Assembly (NCBI GenBank): GCA_038845975.1
Contig: JAWBQF010000021.1
Location: forward strand, 1 to 47,956
Direction: 5' to 3'
DNA length: 47,956 nt
From: Candidatus Methanomethylicia archaeon
Lineage (GTDB): Archaea; Thermoproteota; Methanomethylicia; CALHIW01
Of the stretch, positions 1-10,562 are shown one piece after another. The position numbers and the translations under genes are program-made. Each line of letters starts with the position of its first letter. Position 1 is the stretch's first letter. The notes beneath the pieces were generated by a model that had not been told where the DNA came from, did no database searches, and saw only the letters and a program-made list of their open reading frames with translations.

Positions 1-144
1 ATAAGTGTAATAGTAAACATGTACCCCATCCTATAAGTTAATAGTATAGCTAAATAAGCATGATTAATAAGAGGATAAAGCTAAGAATTCATAGAAACAC
101 AAAACCAAAATAAAGATAATAAAACATGCTAAGTTAACAAAGCC
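1..144. mobile_element. Right arm of a family-A MITE (truncated by window start)
   Basis: Ends in AAGTTAACAAAGCC (terminal repeat of the family); 69-127 is identical over 59 bp to 24895-24953 and similar to about 37211-37266 and (reverse) 33958-34027. Confidence 0.75.
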
Positions 145-190
145 TCTCTGCAAGACGAAAAACTTATAAGTTCATTTGAAATTTTACCTT

Positions 191-472
191 ATGAAAGAAA
201 GACTGGTTATGGTTCAGTTAAAAATATTTCCTGAAAATAATGAGGTTAATCTTGAAAAATTGAAGAGAGACATAACTTCCGTATTACCACAAACAATGAA
301 TATTAAGAAAATCGTAGAAGAAGATTTAGCTTACGGATATAAAGTTCTTAAGGCATTTATAACAATGCCTGAGGAAACAGAAGGAGGAACAACAAAGCTT
401 GAAGAAATCATATCATCAGTAAGTGGAGTTACTCAAGTCGATGTTGAGCTTGTTTGGAGATATGAATTCTAA
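191..472 (+). CDS. ef1b: Translation elongation factor aEF1-beta
   Basis: About 93 aa, motifs KIFPE..EVNLEKL, EEDLAYGYKVL, GGTTKLEE..SVSGV; ATG at 191 preferred to TTG at 176, TATA-like CTTATAAG about 25 bp upstream. Confidence 0.92.
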   Translation: MKERLVMVQLKIFPENNEVNLEKLKRDITSVLPQTMNIKKIVEEDLAYGYKVLKAFITMPEETEGGTTKLEEIISSVSGVTQVDVELVWRYEF

Positions 473-627
473 TTGGCAGATAGAATTGAAATAGACATCA
501 TTGCCCTATAAGAGTTAAACAAAGTGATCATACAGACAATTTTATCAAACTAAAGTAATACTCTTGTAGGTCTCTATTTATAGATTATTAAAAAATAAAA
601 CATTGTTTTAGAAGGTGAGTAAGCATT

Positions 628-2433
628 ATGCGTATAGCAGTACTAGATCGTTATCTCTGCAAACCTAAGGACTGCGGGACTCCATGTATAAAGTTTTGCC
701 CTAAAAATAGGGCTGGGGTTAAAACAATATTTATAGATGAAAGCATTAATAAGCCTAGAATAATTGAATCCCTATGCGTTGGATGCGGAATATGTATTAA
801 AAAATGCCCTTTCAAAGCTTTAGAAGTAGTAAACCTTCCAGAAGAACTAGAAGAAAATTGCATACATAGATATGGACCTAATTCCTTTAAGCTATATAAA
901 CTTCCTATTCCTAGACCTGGGCTAGTTTTAGGTCTTATAGGGCCAAACGGTACTGGGAAGACAACAGTTCTTCAAATACTATCTGGAGAAATAATTCCGA
1001 ACTTAGGAATGTATGATGTTAGTAATGTTGAAAAATATAAGGTGATAGAACATTTTAAAGGAACAGAGTTACAAACATACTTTAGAAGACTTTTTAATGG
1101 TGAATTTAAAACATCATATAAGCCTCAAAACATCATAAATCTACATCTAAGTTCTAGCATTAAAGTAAGTGACCTTATCGAAACTAGCGCGGAATGCAAT
1201 GTTGTAAATAGAGTAAAGGACGCACTTAATCTTGGTAACATATGGAATCATGAATTAAATAAGTTAAGTGGTGGTGAACTGCAACGTGTAGCTATAGCGT
1301 CAGCATGTGTAAAAGACGCAGATGTATACTTAATCGACGAACCAACAAGCTACTTAGACGTATATGAGAGGATTAAAGTAGCGAAGTTTATAAGATCTCT
1401 GATTTCTAAAGAAACATATATAATAATTGTCGAACATGATTTAGCTGTTCTTGACTATCTGTCAGATATTGTATGCATTCTATATGGAAAGCCTGGTGTT
1501 TATGGCATTGTTTCAAATACTTACGGTGTACGTACAGGAATAAATGCTTATCTTGAGGGATACCTACCCATGGAAAACATTCGAATTCGGAAAGAATCCA
1601 TTCAATTCACTACATCTCCTCCTCTTTCTGAAAAACCTAATGAAAGGAAAACCTTCCAGTGGGGATCTATGAAAAAGATTTTGGGCACATTTAGGATTGA
1701 AATAGAACCCGGTCAGATAAATAGGGGAGAAATTATAGGTATTCTTGGACCTAATGGCATCGGAAAAACAACATTTATTAAACTCATAGCGGGACTAATT
1801 CAGCCAGATGAAGGCTATTCACCAACATCGTATCTAAAACTAAGAGTAAGCTATAAGCCTCAGTACTTAAGTCCACCCAGAAATATGACTGTAAAGGAAT
1901 TTTTTGATCTGATTTTTAAGGAACAAACTTCATTACATTCAATCAGAAATGAACTTATCGATTCCTTAAATATAGAAACATTATATAATAGAAAGCTTAA
2001 AGAATTGAGTGGAGGGGAGTTGCAAAAGGTTGCTATAACCGGCTGTTTACTAAGAGATGCTCATATTTACCTAATAGATGAGCCAAGCGCATTTCTTGAT
2101 ATTGAACAAAGATTGCTACTGGCCAAGATGATAAGAAAAATCATATTAATGAGGGAAGCTTCAGCTTTCGTGGTGGAACATGATATAATATTAGTGGATT
2201 TTATTGCGGATTCTTTAATTACATTTACGGGGTCTCCAGGTGTCTTTGGTTTGGCATCTTCACCGATGAAATTAAGAAATGGCATGAACCAGTTTCTAAA
2301 AACTATCGGCATAACGTTTAGAAGGGATAAAAAAACAAAAAGGCCGAGAGTAAATAAAGAAGGAGCATATCTTGACAGACTACAAAAAGAAATTGGCGAA
2401 TACTACTATTTCTTCAGTGATGAAGAAAAGTAA
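628..2433 (+). CDS. rli1: ABCE1/RLI1 ribosome recycling ATPase
   Basis: N-terminal Fe-S cysteines (CKPKDC..C...CP, CVGCGICIKKCP), two ABC domains (GPNGTGKT, GPNGIGKT, LSGGELQ twice), C-terminal RPRVNK..S/AYLD..QKEIGEYYY. Confidence 0.97.
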   Translation: MRIAVLDRYLCKPKDCGTPCIKFCPKNRAGVKTIFIDESINKPRIIESLCVGCGICIKKCPFKALEVVNLPEELEENCIHRYGPNSFKLYKLPIPRPGLVLGLIGPNGTGKTTVLQILSGEIIPNLGMYDVSNVEKYKVIEHFKGTELQTYFRRLFNGEFKTSYKPQNIINLHLSSSIKVSDLIETSAECNVVNRVKDALNLGNIWNHELNKLSGGELQRVAIASACVKDADVYLIDEPTSYLDVYERIKVAKFIRSLISKETYIIIVEHDLAVLDYLSDIVCILYGKPGVYGIVSNTYGVRTGINAYLEGYLPMENIRIRKESIQFTTSPPLSEKPNERKTFQWGSMKKILGTFRIEIEPGQINRGEIIGILGPNGIGKTTFIKLIAGLIQPDEGYSPTSYLKLRVSYKPQYLSPPRNMTVKEFFDLIFKEQTSLHSIRNELIDSLNIETLYNRKLKELSGGELQKVAITGCLLRDAHIYLIDEPSAFLDIEQRLLLAKMIRKIILMREASAFVVEHDIILVDFIADSLITFTGSPGVFGLASSPMKLRNGMNQFLKTIGITFRRDKKTKRPRVNKEGAYLDRLQKEIGEYYYFFSDEEK

Positions 2434-2611
2434 ATAATCATACTTACTGTAAAAATCAAATAATAGTGCGGTATTCACCCCTTAGTAAGATGCTATTGCT
2501 AATTTATTGATATATTGAATGCTGTTCGCTTTATACTTGAGGTTCTCGCTAACTTCTAATTAAGAATTTAAAAATAATTAACCCCTAAGACAAATACACT
2601 AACAACCTTAT

Positions 2612-2698
2612 ATAACCTAAGTCAAAGGTGATTGATTTGAGTGTTAGAGGTAAACTTGCATCTGAGTTGGCTTCACTTATAGACAAGCAAGTTACAGT
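2612..2698 (+). repeat. Exact 87-bp direct repeat, copy 1 (copy 2 = 3646-3732, 5' end of lsm)
   Basis: ATAACCTAAGTCAAAGGTGATT...GCAAGTTACAGT identical at both positions. Confidence 0.95.
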
Positions 2699-2800
2699 AT
2701 ACAAAGAGTGAAGTTGCTTATACCTAAATTGCTTTAGGGAAATTAACATTAAATTTAGTAATATAAGTTTAAATAAGGATTTCTTAATTACTCTAGTATT

Positions 2801-2904
2801 GGGCCCGTAGCGCAGTATGGAAGCGCGTCGGCCTGAGGGTTTTGACCTGGCTAACGGATGAGGAAGAAAGCCGGTGGTCCGGGGTTCAAATCCCCGCGGG
2901 CCCG
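2801..2904 (+). tRNA. tRNA-Arg(GCG) with two introns: 34/35 (2836-2854) and 37/38 (2858-2868)
   Basis: Acceptor GGGCCCG/CGGGCCC-G, T-arm CGGGG-TTCAAAT-CCCCG; BHB GGCC/GGCT with bulges TG|A and AA|C; removing both introns gives TCGGC-CT-GCG-GA-GCCGG. Confidence 0.85.
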
Positions 2905-3661
2905 TACGATGTTAAGCTCACTTCTAGGTTGTTCAATCTCCAATTATTTGTACTTATATTAAGCTTATTATAAGGTAATATTGTCTATAGTATTAGGATT
3001 AATGAATTTAGATGATCAATAGCATATTAAGATAAAGCAAAATTGAAAAAGAAAGACTACTCTATTTCTCACTCTTTGTTGAGAGATGAAATTAGACATC
3101 ATTCTTTATAGTAACTTTTAGGGTAACTATTGGTCTACATCAACTGTAAAGATGTAGTATAAGTATTTTAAGTTATTTTGTTAAGTTCCAGTCTTAATTT
3201 GATGTACTTTTACCAATTAATAACTTGCCAAATTTTATTTGAAATATTATAATATTTTTGAATAAGCTCTTTATTGGTTTACGTATTTGCCATGAAACGG
3301 GTCTTTGTTCTTCTTTTAACAACTTCTGGTTACTGATTATTTGTTTATTCTTCTTTCTTTAAGAGTTTCTCTATTTTCTCTTTTGTTCGTTTATTTTCCA
3401 AATAGCTCGTTTCCTAAATTTATATCGATTCTCCAAGTCCTTTATAAGACTTGGATCTGATAAGTATTTTTGGTAGGTAACTACTCTAATACTCATTATA
3501 AATCAGTAATTGGATTATAACAACATATAAGTAATTACCTCAACTTATAATCATAAATAACTTAAAACATGTAAACATATACTTAGTATTAAGTTAGCAA
3601 AGTTACCATTAATTAAAACAGAAATATTTAAAAGTATTTCCTAACATAACCTAAGTCAAAG

Positions 3662-4096
3662 GTGATTGATTTGAGTGTTAGAGGTAAACTTGCATCTGAG
3701 TTGGCTTCACTTATAGACAAGCAAGTTACAGTTAAAACTACTTTAGGGGATATATTTACTGGAAAAGTTGTTGCAATAGAATTCCCTGAGTTTCATGTTT
3801 GTTTAGCAGATGTTATTGATGGAAATGGAGAGAAGCATCCTAGAGTAATAATTAGAGGTGAAGTGATTGCTGAAATATTTAGAAAGGAAAAACCATTTGA
3901 TTTAAAGGGATTAGCTGAAAGGCTTGAAAAGTTATTCCCAAACATGGTAAAGTACTATGAGGAGGCTAGAGTAATAACTATCATGGATAGAGTTAGAGTT
4001 ACTGAGCAAGGTGTTGTTGAGGGAACAGGATTAGTAGCTGATAAAGTTAAGAAAGTTTATGATGCCTATGTAGAGGAGTTAAAAGAAAAAGCATAG
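3662..4096 (+). CDS. Sm-like (Lsm) RNA-binding protein with C-terminal domain, SmAP3 type
   Basis: Sm1/Sm2 motifs (LIDKQVTVKT..G..FTGKV; RVIIRGEVIAEI) plus C-terminal alpha/beta extension; true start may be TTG at 3671 after GGTGA. Confidence 0.85.
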   Translation: MIDLSVRGKLASELASLIDKQVTVKTTLGDIFTGKVVAIEFPEFHVCLADVIDGNGEKHPRVIIRGEVIAEIFRKEKPFDLKGLAERLEKLFPNMVKYYEEARVITIMDRVRVTEQGVVEGTGLVADKVKKVYDAYVEELKEKA

Positions 4097-4102
4097 AAAT
4101 AT

Positions 4103-5728
4103 ATGAAATACGATATTGACAATATTTTTGAGCTAAGACACAAAGACCTACTTGGTAGAATAGGAAGACTTAAGACAAGACATGGTATAATTGAAACTCC
4201 TACTTTGCTTCCTGTTATCAATCCATTAAATCAAATAATAACTACTAATGATTTATATTTTAAGTTTAAAGTTAAAGGTATTATAACTAATGCTTACTTA
4301 TTAAGAAAATATTTCAAAGAACAAGCTATAATTCAGGGAATTCATAATTTATTAAATTTCAAAGGAGTCATCATGACTGATTCAGGTGCATATCAAATAT
4401 TAAGATACGGTAGTATAGATGCAGATCCTGACGATATTGTTTTATTTCAAAAAAATATAGGAAGCGATATTGGAGTTATTCTTGATATACCCACTGGATG
4501 GAAAACTGATAGAAAATACGCTGAATACACTGTTTTAGAAACATTTAAAAGAGCTAATAATGCAACTCAACTAATAGATGGAAGTGATATGCTTTGGGTT
4601 GGGCCACTACAAGGCGGTAAGTATATAGATTTAATTGAATATTCGGCAGTAAGGATGAGAGAGTTACCATTCCATATTTATGCTCTAGGAAGTCCAACAG
4701 TAGTTATGGAGCAGTATCGTTATGATCTTCTTATCGATATGATATTTGCAGCTAGAAAAAACATACCCCCAAATAGACCACTTCACCTATTTGGTGCTGG
4801 GCATCCATTTATGTTTGCTATAGCAATAGCGCTAGGATGTGATATATTTGATTCTGCATCTTATGCATTATATGCGAGAGATGATAGATATATTACAGAA
4901 TACGGGACAATAAAGTTTGACAGATTAAATTACCTGCCTTGCACATGTCCAGCATGTAATAAAGCATCTATTGATGAATTACGGCAAATGGATAAAGAAA
5001 GCAGAGAGAAAATTTTAGCAGAACATAATCTATACATATGTATTAGTGAAATCAATAGAATTAAACAAGCAATCATTGATGGCAGATTATGGGAATTTAT
5101 AGAAATACGTTGTAGAAGCCACCCATCACTCATGAAAGCATTAATAAAATTCAAAAAGTATTTAACATATCTAGAAAGAAACACTCCGGTTAGTAAAAAG
5201 AGAGGAATATTCATACTCGATATGATAAGTCTAAATAGACCAGAAATTTTCAGGTATAAAAGATGGTTAATTAAACGCTACAGTCCTCCTGCGGAAAAGG
5301 ACGTATTAATTTTAGTACCTAGTATCAATATGGAAAAGCCATATCATAAATCTCCAATAATAAAGAAAATCATAAGATATATAGATAAAGTCCTAAACAT
5401 AGATCGTATAAGAGTTCACATATGTGTATACGATTTACCATTTGGTGTGATTCCATTGGAAATCGATGATATTTATCCAGTTTCGCAACATGAAACAGCT
5501 ATAGAAGCTACTTATAACGGTAACCTTAGAAAAAATATGGTCTACCAGATAGTTAAATTTATAAATAAATTTAAAAAAAATTATAAGTACTACCTAATAG
5601 TAACTAGTAATATATTAAATGAAAAACATATAGATTTCATAGAAAAAACATGTAAAATTAAAGTAAAAGTTGTAAAAAGTTATAATGATTTACTTAGATT
5701 GAATTTGCCTCATCTTCTTGGTAAATGA
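4103..5728 (+). CDS. tgtA: Archaeosine (tRNA-G15) tRNA-guanine transglycosylase
   Basis: IETPTLLPVINP, IMTDSGAYQ, HLFGAGHP, GCDIFDSASY, Zn site CTCPAC...H; no C-terminal PUA domain evident. Confidence 0.93.
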   Translation: MKYDIDNIFELRHKDLLGRIGRLKTRHGIIETPTLLPVINPLNQIITTNDLYFKFKVKGIITNAYLLRKYFKEQAIIQGIHNLLNFKGVIMTDSGAYQILRYGSIDADPDDIVLFQKNIGSDIGVILDIPTGWKTDRKYAEYTVLETFKRANNATQLIDGSDMLWVGPLQGGKYIDLIEYSAVRMRELPFHIYALGSPTVVMEQYRYDLLIDMIFAARKNIPPNRPLHLFGAGHPFMFAIAIALGCDIFDSASYALYARDDRYITEYGTIKFDRLNYLPCTCPACNKASIDELRQMDKESREKILAEHNLYICISEINRIKQAIIDGRLWEFIEIRCRSHPSLMKALIKFKKYLTYLERNTPVSKKRGIFILDMISLNRPEIFRYKRWLIKRYSPPAEKDVLILVPSINMEKPYHKSPIIKKIIRYIDKVLNIDRIRVHICVYDLPFGVIPLEIDDIYPVSQHETAIEATYNGNLRKNMVYQIVKFINKFKKNYKYYLIVTSNILNEKHIDFIEKTCKIKVKVVKSYNDLLRLNLPHLLGK

Positions 5729-6181
5729 TAAGTTTCTGTTTATGTTATGATTTTAAATGCTCTATTATTAAAGCTAACTTATTAGTTCCTTCATATATCA
5801 TATAGACCAGAATAATAAGTTACTATCCACCAGAAATGTAAGGATGCTAAACTATGACAGGTTTTATAGTAACCATATAACATAAGTAACATATTTTTCT
5901 TCTTACAAACTATAATGTTCTATTTTCCATAAAAGCAAAGTTTTATGTCTGCTTCTACGTTAGATCTGCAAGTCAGCGGCCCATAGAATTGTTAGTAAGG
6001 AATAAAAGAATAGTTCCTGATTTGAGAATAATTAAGTCTAGTAGTCAATTAAATAATATACATAATTTAAAATCAACAATAAGCAAAGAATTTATAATTA
6101 AAGTCTGAATTTACATAAACCTAAAGTTTAGAGAAAAATTTAAATTTGTAACCTCAATAATTCTAAGAATTTGGTGGAAGT

Positions 6182-6415
6182 ATGCCTGAACTTTCTCTAG
6201 CTCCGATTGATAGACTTATGAGAACGGTTGGTGCAGAAAGAATAAGTGATGAAGCCATCTCAATTCTGAGAGAAATATTAGAGGAAATGGCTAAAGACAT
6301 ATCAAGACAGGCTATGGAACTAGCTAAGCATGCAGGCCGAAAAACAATTCTCGCTGATGATGTAAAACTTGCAGCAAAATATGTTTTGAGAAGATCTTGG
6401 GAAGTCCCGCCATAA
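6182..6415 (+). CDS. Archaeal histone (HMfA/HMfB family)
   Basis: ELSLAPIDRLMR..GAERIS..A, LAKHAGRKTILADDVKLA histone fold; GGTGGA RBS. Confidence 0.95.
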   Translation: MPELSLAPIDRLMRTVGAERISDEAISILREILEEMAKDISRQAMELAKHAGRKTILADDVKLAAKYVLRRSWEVPP

Positions 6416-6636
6416 TTCAATTCTTTAGTGCACTCATATTATGAATGATTCAATAGTATTTAGTTGCACAACCAAAATCTTAATGATTTTCTGTAAGCTT
6501 TAGATATGAAAGTACCCATAGTTAATGGTTTAAGTTCACAAGAGATCTTACAAATAGAAAACTTAATAAGCCAGTTCTATTTTCTCTTTTTAGTCAAATT
6601 ATAAATGAAATGTAAAAACATCTATTGGTGATTATT

Positions 6637-8310
6637 ATGGCAGCTCCAGCTCAAGCCCAACTTGCTCAAATTGGAGGTGTACCTGTACTAATACTTAAAG
6701 AAGGCTCACAAAGAACTGTTGGAAGAGAAGCACAAAGATCAAATATTTTAGCTGCTAAAGTTATCGCTGAAACTATAAAGACAACTCTTGGGCCTCGAGG
6801 TATGGATAAAATGCTTGTTGACAGTCTTGGAGATGTTACAATAACTAACGATGGAGCTACTATACTTAAAGAAATAGATATTCAACATCCAGCAGCTAAA
6901 ATGCTTGTTGAAGTTGCTAAAACACAAGATGAAGAGGTAGGAGATGGAACGACCACAGTTACTGTTTTAGCCGGTGAATTACTGAAACGAGCAGAAGCTT
7001 TACTTGATAAGGAAGTTCATCCTACAATAATAATAAGTGGTTATAGAAAAGCTATTGATAAAGCTCTTGAAGTTCTTGAAAAAACAAGTATAAAGGTAAG
7101 TCCGGATGATGTCGATACACTTATTAAAGTTGCTAAGACAGCTATGGGTAGTAAGGCCATAGGTGGATATAAAGATTATTTTGCAAAACTAGCTGTAGAA
7201 GCTGTTAAGAAAATAGTTGTTGAACGTGACGGTAAACTTGTAGCAGATGTTGATGATAATATACAATTAATAAAGAAACAAGGTGGAGGAGCTTTAGATA
7301 CAAAGTTAATTGATGGAATTATAATTGACAAGGAAGTTGTGCATGCAGGAATGCCTAAGCGCATTGAAAATGCAAAAATAGCATTACTCGATTGTCCATT
7401 AGAGATTGAAAAGCCAGAAATAGATGCTGAAATTAGAATAACTGATCCTGAAGAAATGAAAGCATTTCTTGACGAGGAGGAAAAGATGCTTAAACAAATG
7501 GTGCAAAAAATAAAATCTGTAGGAGCTAATGTTGTTTTTTGCCAGAAAGGAGTTGATGATATTGCTCAACATTATTTAGCTAAGGAAGGAATACTAACTG
7601 TTAGAAGAGTAAAGAAGTCTGATATGGAAAAATTAGCAAGAGCTACTGGAGCAAGAATAGTTACAAATATTGAGGATCTTACTCCATCCGACCTTGGCGA
7701 ATCTGGTTTAGTTGAAGAACATAGAATAGGTGAAGATAGAATGGTCTTTGTTGAAAAATGTAAGAATCCACGTGCAGTCAGCATATTAATTAGAGCTGGG
7801 CTTGAAAGAGCGGTTGATGAAGCTGAACGAACATTAACTGATGCATTAAGTGTTGTTTCAGATGTTATTGAAGATGGGAAAGTAGTTCCAGGAGGTGGTG
7901 CTATAGAATTTGAAATTGCAAAGGAATTGAGAGCCTTTGCTCCTACAGTTGGGGGAAAAGAACAATTATCAATAGAAGCTTTTGCAGATGCATTAGAGGA
8001 AATTCCAAAAACACTAGCTTATAATGCTGGGCTAGATCCTATTGACATTTTGGTTGAAGCAAGAGCAAAACATGAAGAAGTCGGTGGCTTTAAATATGGT
8101 GTTGATGTATATAGTGGAAAAGTTGCTGATATGCTCCAATTAGGAATAATAGAGCCCACATGTGTAAAACGTCAAGCAATAAAATCTGCAGCAGAAGTAG
8201 CATCCATGATATTAAGAATTGATGATGTAATAGCTGCAGGTAAAATAGAAAGTAAGACACCAACTTCTAAAAAGGAAGAAGAGGAAAAGAGTGAGCCATC
8301 AGTAGATTAA
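6637..8310 (+). CDS. ths: Thermosome (group II chaperonin) subunit
   Basis: [33 protein letters not shown]; ATG 6637 follows GGTGA. Confidence 0.97.
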   Translation: MAAPAQAQLAQIGGVPVLILKEGSQRTVGREAQRSNILAAKVIAETIKTTLGPRGMDKMLVDSLGDVTITNDGATILKEIDIQHPAAKMLVEVAKTQDEEVGDGTTTVTVLAGELLKRAEALLDKEVHPTIIISGYRKAIDKALEVLEKTSIKVSPDDVDTLIKVAKTAMGSKAIGGYKDYFAKLAVEAVKKIVVERDGKLVADVDDNIQLIKKQGGGALDTKLIDGIIIDKEVVHAGMPKRIENAKIALLDCPLEIEKPEIDAEIRITDPEEMKAFLDEEEKMLKQMVQKIKSVGANVVFCQKGVDDIAQHYLAKEGILTVRRVKKSDMEKLARATGARIVTNIEDLTPSDLGESGLVEEHRIGEDRMVFVEKCKNPRAVSILIRAGLERAVDEAERTLTDALSVVSDVIEDGKVVPGGGAIEFEIAKELRAFAPTVGGKEQLSIEAFADALEEIPKTLAYNAGLDPIDILVEARAKHEEVGGFKYGVDVYSGKVADMLQLGIIEPTCVKRQAIKSAAEVASMILRIDDVIAAGKIESKTPTSKKEEEEKSEPSVD

Positions 8311-8312
8311 TT

Positions 8313-8552
8313 ATGAGTAACACTTTAAACAATCTTTTTATAGCTATTGTTAAAAAGCCTCTATTACGTGGTAAACAAAAGCCTAAAAGCTCCTTCAAAA
8401 AAGGTAGAGGATTTAGTTTACTGGAAATAAAATCTGCAGGATTAACTATTGCAGAAGCAAGAAGACTTGGTTTACCGGTGGATAGTAGAAGAAGAAGCAT
8501 CCATAATGTGAATATTGAAAAGCTTAAACAAATTAAGGTAAATGTTAACTAA
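8313..8552 (+). CDS. rpl13e: 50S ribosomal protein L13e
   Basis: KGRGFSLLEIKSAGL...ARRLGLPVDSRRRS.H..N. Confidence 0.9.
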   Translation: MSNTLNNLFIAIVKKPLLRGKQKPKSSFKKGRGFSLLEIKSAGLTIAEARRLGLPVDSRRRSIHNVNIEKLKQIKVNVN

Positions 8553-8556
8553 TACT

Positions 8557-10002
8557 TTAATGGTTTTTCTCAGCTAGGATTGTTAGAAATTTATCTATAA
8601 CTTTTTCTGGAGCTTTGATTTCTTCAAGTTTTGCTATAGACTCAATAGTCAATGGTAGATAAAGAATAATATTAGGTCCTGAAATCCTTACAGTATTCGA
8701 ATCAATATAATCTATTAGCCATTCACCATTTGTTCTGCAAATATTTTTGAAGATCATATTACTATCCTTATTTAATGAGTAAATTTCGTTATTATTAGTT
8801 GCAATAGTGTAATTACTTTCCTTATCTACACATGTTTGTCTGACCCTATTTTTTATCAGTTTTAATTTATTGTTGATTATTGTAATGATGTAGCATCTTT
8901 CTTTAATCTCTATTTTCCTTTTCTCCATTTTAAAAAATAATGGTTTAATTTTCGTTATTTTTCCCCATTCTTTAATAATGGCTTCCCCTCCTTTTAATTT
9001 TAAATTAACCACTGACGTATCATTGGGTGCTGTTGCAAATGAAATCCAAAGAGGAGCTCTTACTTTAATGGCTTTACTTATTAGCGAAGCTGAGGGAGTT
9101 ATCATAATAATCATTGCTCCACATTTTTGTACTTCAAGAATCCATTTCGTAAATATTGTGTCTTCTGTGGAAATTAAATTATGTGCCTCTTCAATTACAA
9201 TTATTCCACAAATCTCTTCTAAAGATTTTTCTCTTGAGAATTTTTGAAGAAGTTGCTTCAAAATTAATGCGTATCCTATTTTTTTCTCTGTTTCTCCTCC
9301 AGTTACAACAAACACTCCAGGATCTGTGAAACGGATTGAACGTCTTTCTCCTATAATTAAACTCTCAAGTTTTCTAAGTATTATTTGCTGCATTGTAGTT
9401 TCAGATATATTTTCATAATCAATAGCTAGTCGTTCTATCATTCTTTTTATGTCAAGAATACTTACTTCTGCTACTCCTCTATTACTTAAAGCTTTTAATA
9501 CACGTAGTAATAAATTCATTTGCTGATCCGTTAAGTTTAATGCTGTGCCTAAAAGATCTCTTGTTTCGATGATTTCCCCTTCCTTTTCAATAGGGAAAAC
9601 TACTGTGGATAAATTCATTTCATGACGTGGAAGACCTAGTACATTATATTCATCATACCAATCAAAGACATAAATATTACTTTTATTACTAAGCTTTTTA
9701 ATAATTCTTTGTATGAATCTTGTTTTTCCTGAGCTGGAAGCTCCTGTTACTAAAAGAAGTATTGGTCTGATTTCCAAAAAAACAGGTCTTATGCCTGAGA
9801 AACCGACTAGTAAACTGTTTTTAATTCTTAGTACTTTCAATAAAGCTAAAGTAACTACACCTACTAGTGTAAATATACATAGAAAAACGTAAGTATAGTC
9901 TAATGTAGTTTCATGTTTAAATATAAGTATGTATGTGATCAAGAGTGCAAAAACAATATACATTATGTAATCTAAACAATCATAATTCCTTCCCATTGTC
10001 AT
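8557..10002 (-). CDS. Membrane-anchored FtsK/HerA-superfamily (VirB4/HerA-like) ATPase
   Basis: Two N-terminal hydrophobic helices, Walker A GASSSGKT, VFDWYDEY motif, Walker B IIVIEEAHNL. Confidence 0.75.
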   Translation of the reverse strand: MTMGRNYDCLDYIMYIVFALLITYILIFKHETTLDYTYVFLCIFTLVGVVTLALLKVLRIKNSLLVGFSGIRPVFLEIRPILLLVTGASSSGKTRFIQRIIKKLSNKSNIYVFDWYDEYNVLGLPRHEMNLSTVVFPIEKEGEIIETRDLLGTALNLTDQQMNLLLRVLKALSNRGVAEVSILDIKRMIERLAIDYENISETTMQQIILRKLESLIIGERRSIRFTDPGVFVVTGGETEKKIGYALILKQLLQKFSREKSLEEICGIIVIEEAHNLISTEDTIFTKWILEVQKCGAMIIMITPSASLISKAIKVRAPLWISFATAPNDTSVVNLKLKGGEAIIKEWGKITKIKPLFFKMEKRKIEIKERCYIITIINNKLKLIKNRVRQTCVDKESNYTIATNNNEIYSLNKDSNMIFKNICRTNGEWLIDYIDSNTVRISGPNIILYLPLTIESIAKLEEIKAPEKVIDKFLTILAEKNH

Positions 10003-10432
10003 TTAAATATCTGATGCTACTAAAGGAAAAAATAGCTACTAGTTTTTTATTGATAAATAGTTTTGCTGTCATTTCCCCTTCATTCATATAAACTACAAAC
10101 TTTTATATTCTCATCTATCTGGCAAGCATATAAAATAATGCTTTACAATTATTTAATCTTGTTAATTTGCCATAAGGAAGATAACTTGCAAACTTTAGAT
10201 GCAAAACATTATAGTTGATAGTTTAATTCATGAGGATAATTAACAGTCAGAGAAGATTTAATATACTATGTCTAATTATCAATTCTAACCCTAAATTGAG
10301 ACTTGATTGGAAATATAGTTAGAGATCATATGCATGATTGAGTTCATAAATCTCTCACAAACTAAGCAAAGCTTTATACTTCGTTTAACAACATTAGTTG
10401 TTGATCATTTATCATAAAATAATTTTTCTTAT

Positions 10433-10562
10433 GCTTTGTGGCTTAATTCCGAAATTTTGCAAATTCAAGTTTATATAAAGTACGAAAAAGCTTAATAAAC
10501 ATTCCTATAACCATAGTATTTAATGATATAGATTACGAGAAATGAATATTAAGCCACAAAGC
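10433..10562. mobile_element. 130-bp MITE
   Basis: Perfect 15-bp TIR GCTTTGTGGCTTAAT/ATTAAGCCACAAAGC; flanking direct repeat TTTCTTA (10425-10431, 10564-10570). Confidence 0.85.

Noticed and set aside
2801-2904. tRNA-Leu(GAG) or tRNA-Phe(GAA) with a single intron
   Set aside because: No long variable arm, Arg-like body, and no BHB helix for a one-intron reading; the two-intron model gives a good fold and a normal Arg(GCG)
4103-5728. TGT lacking the PUA domain as a novelty
   Set aside because: Shortened or split archaeosine TGTs are common in archaea
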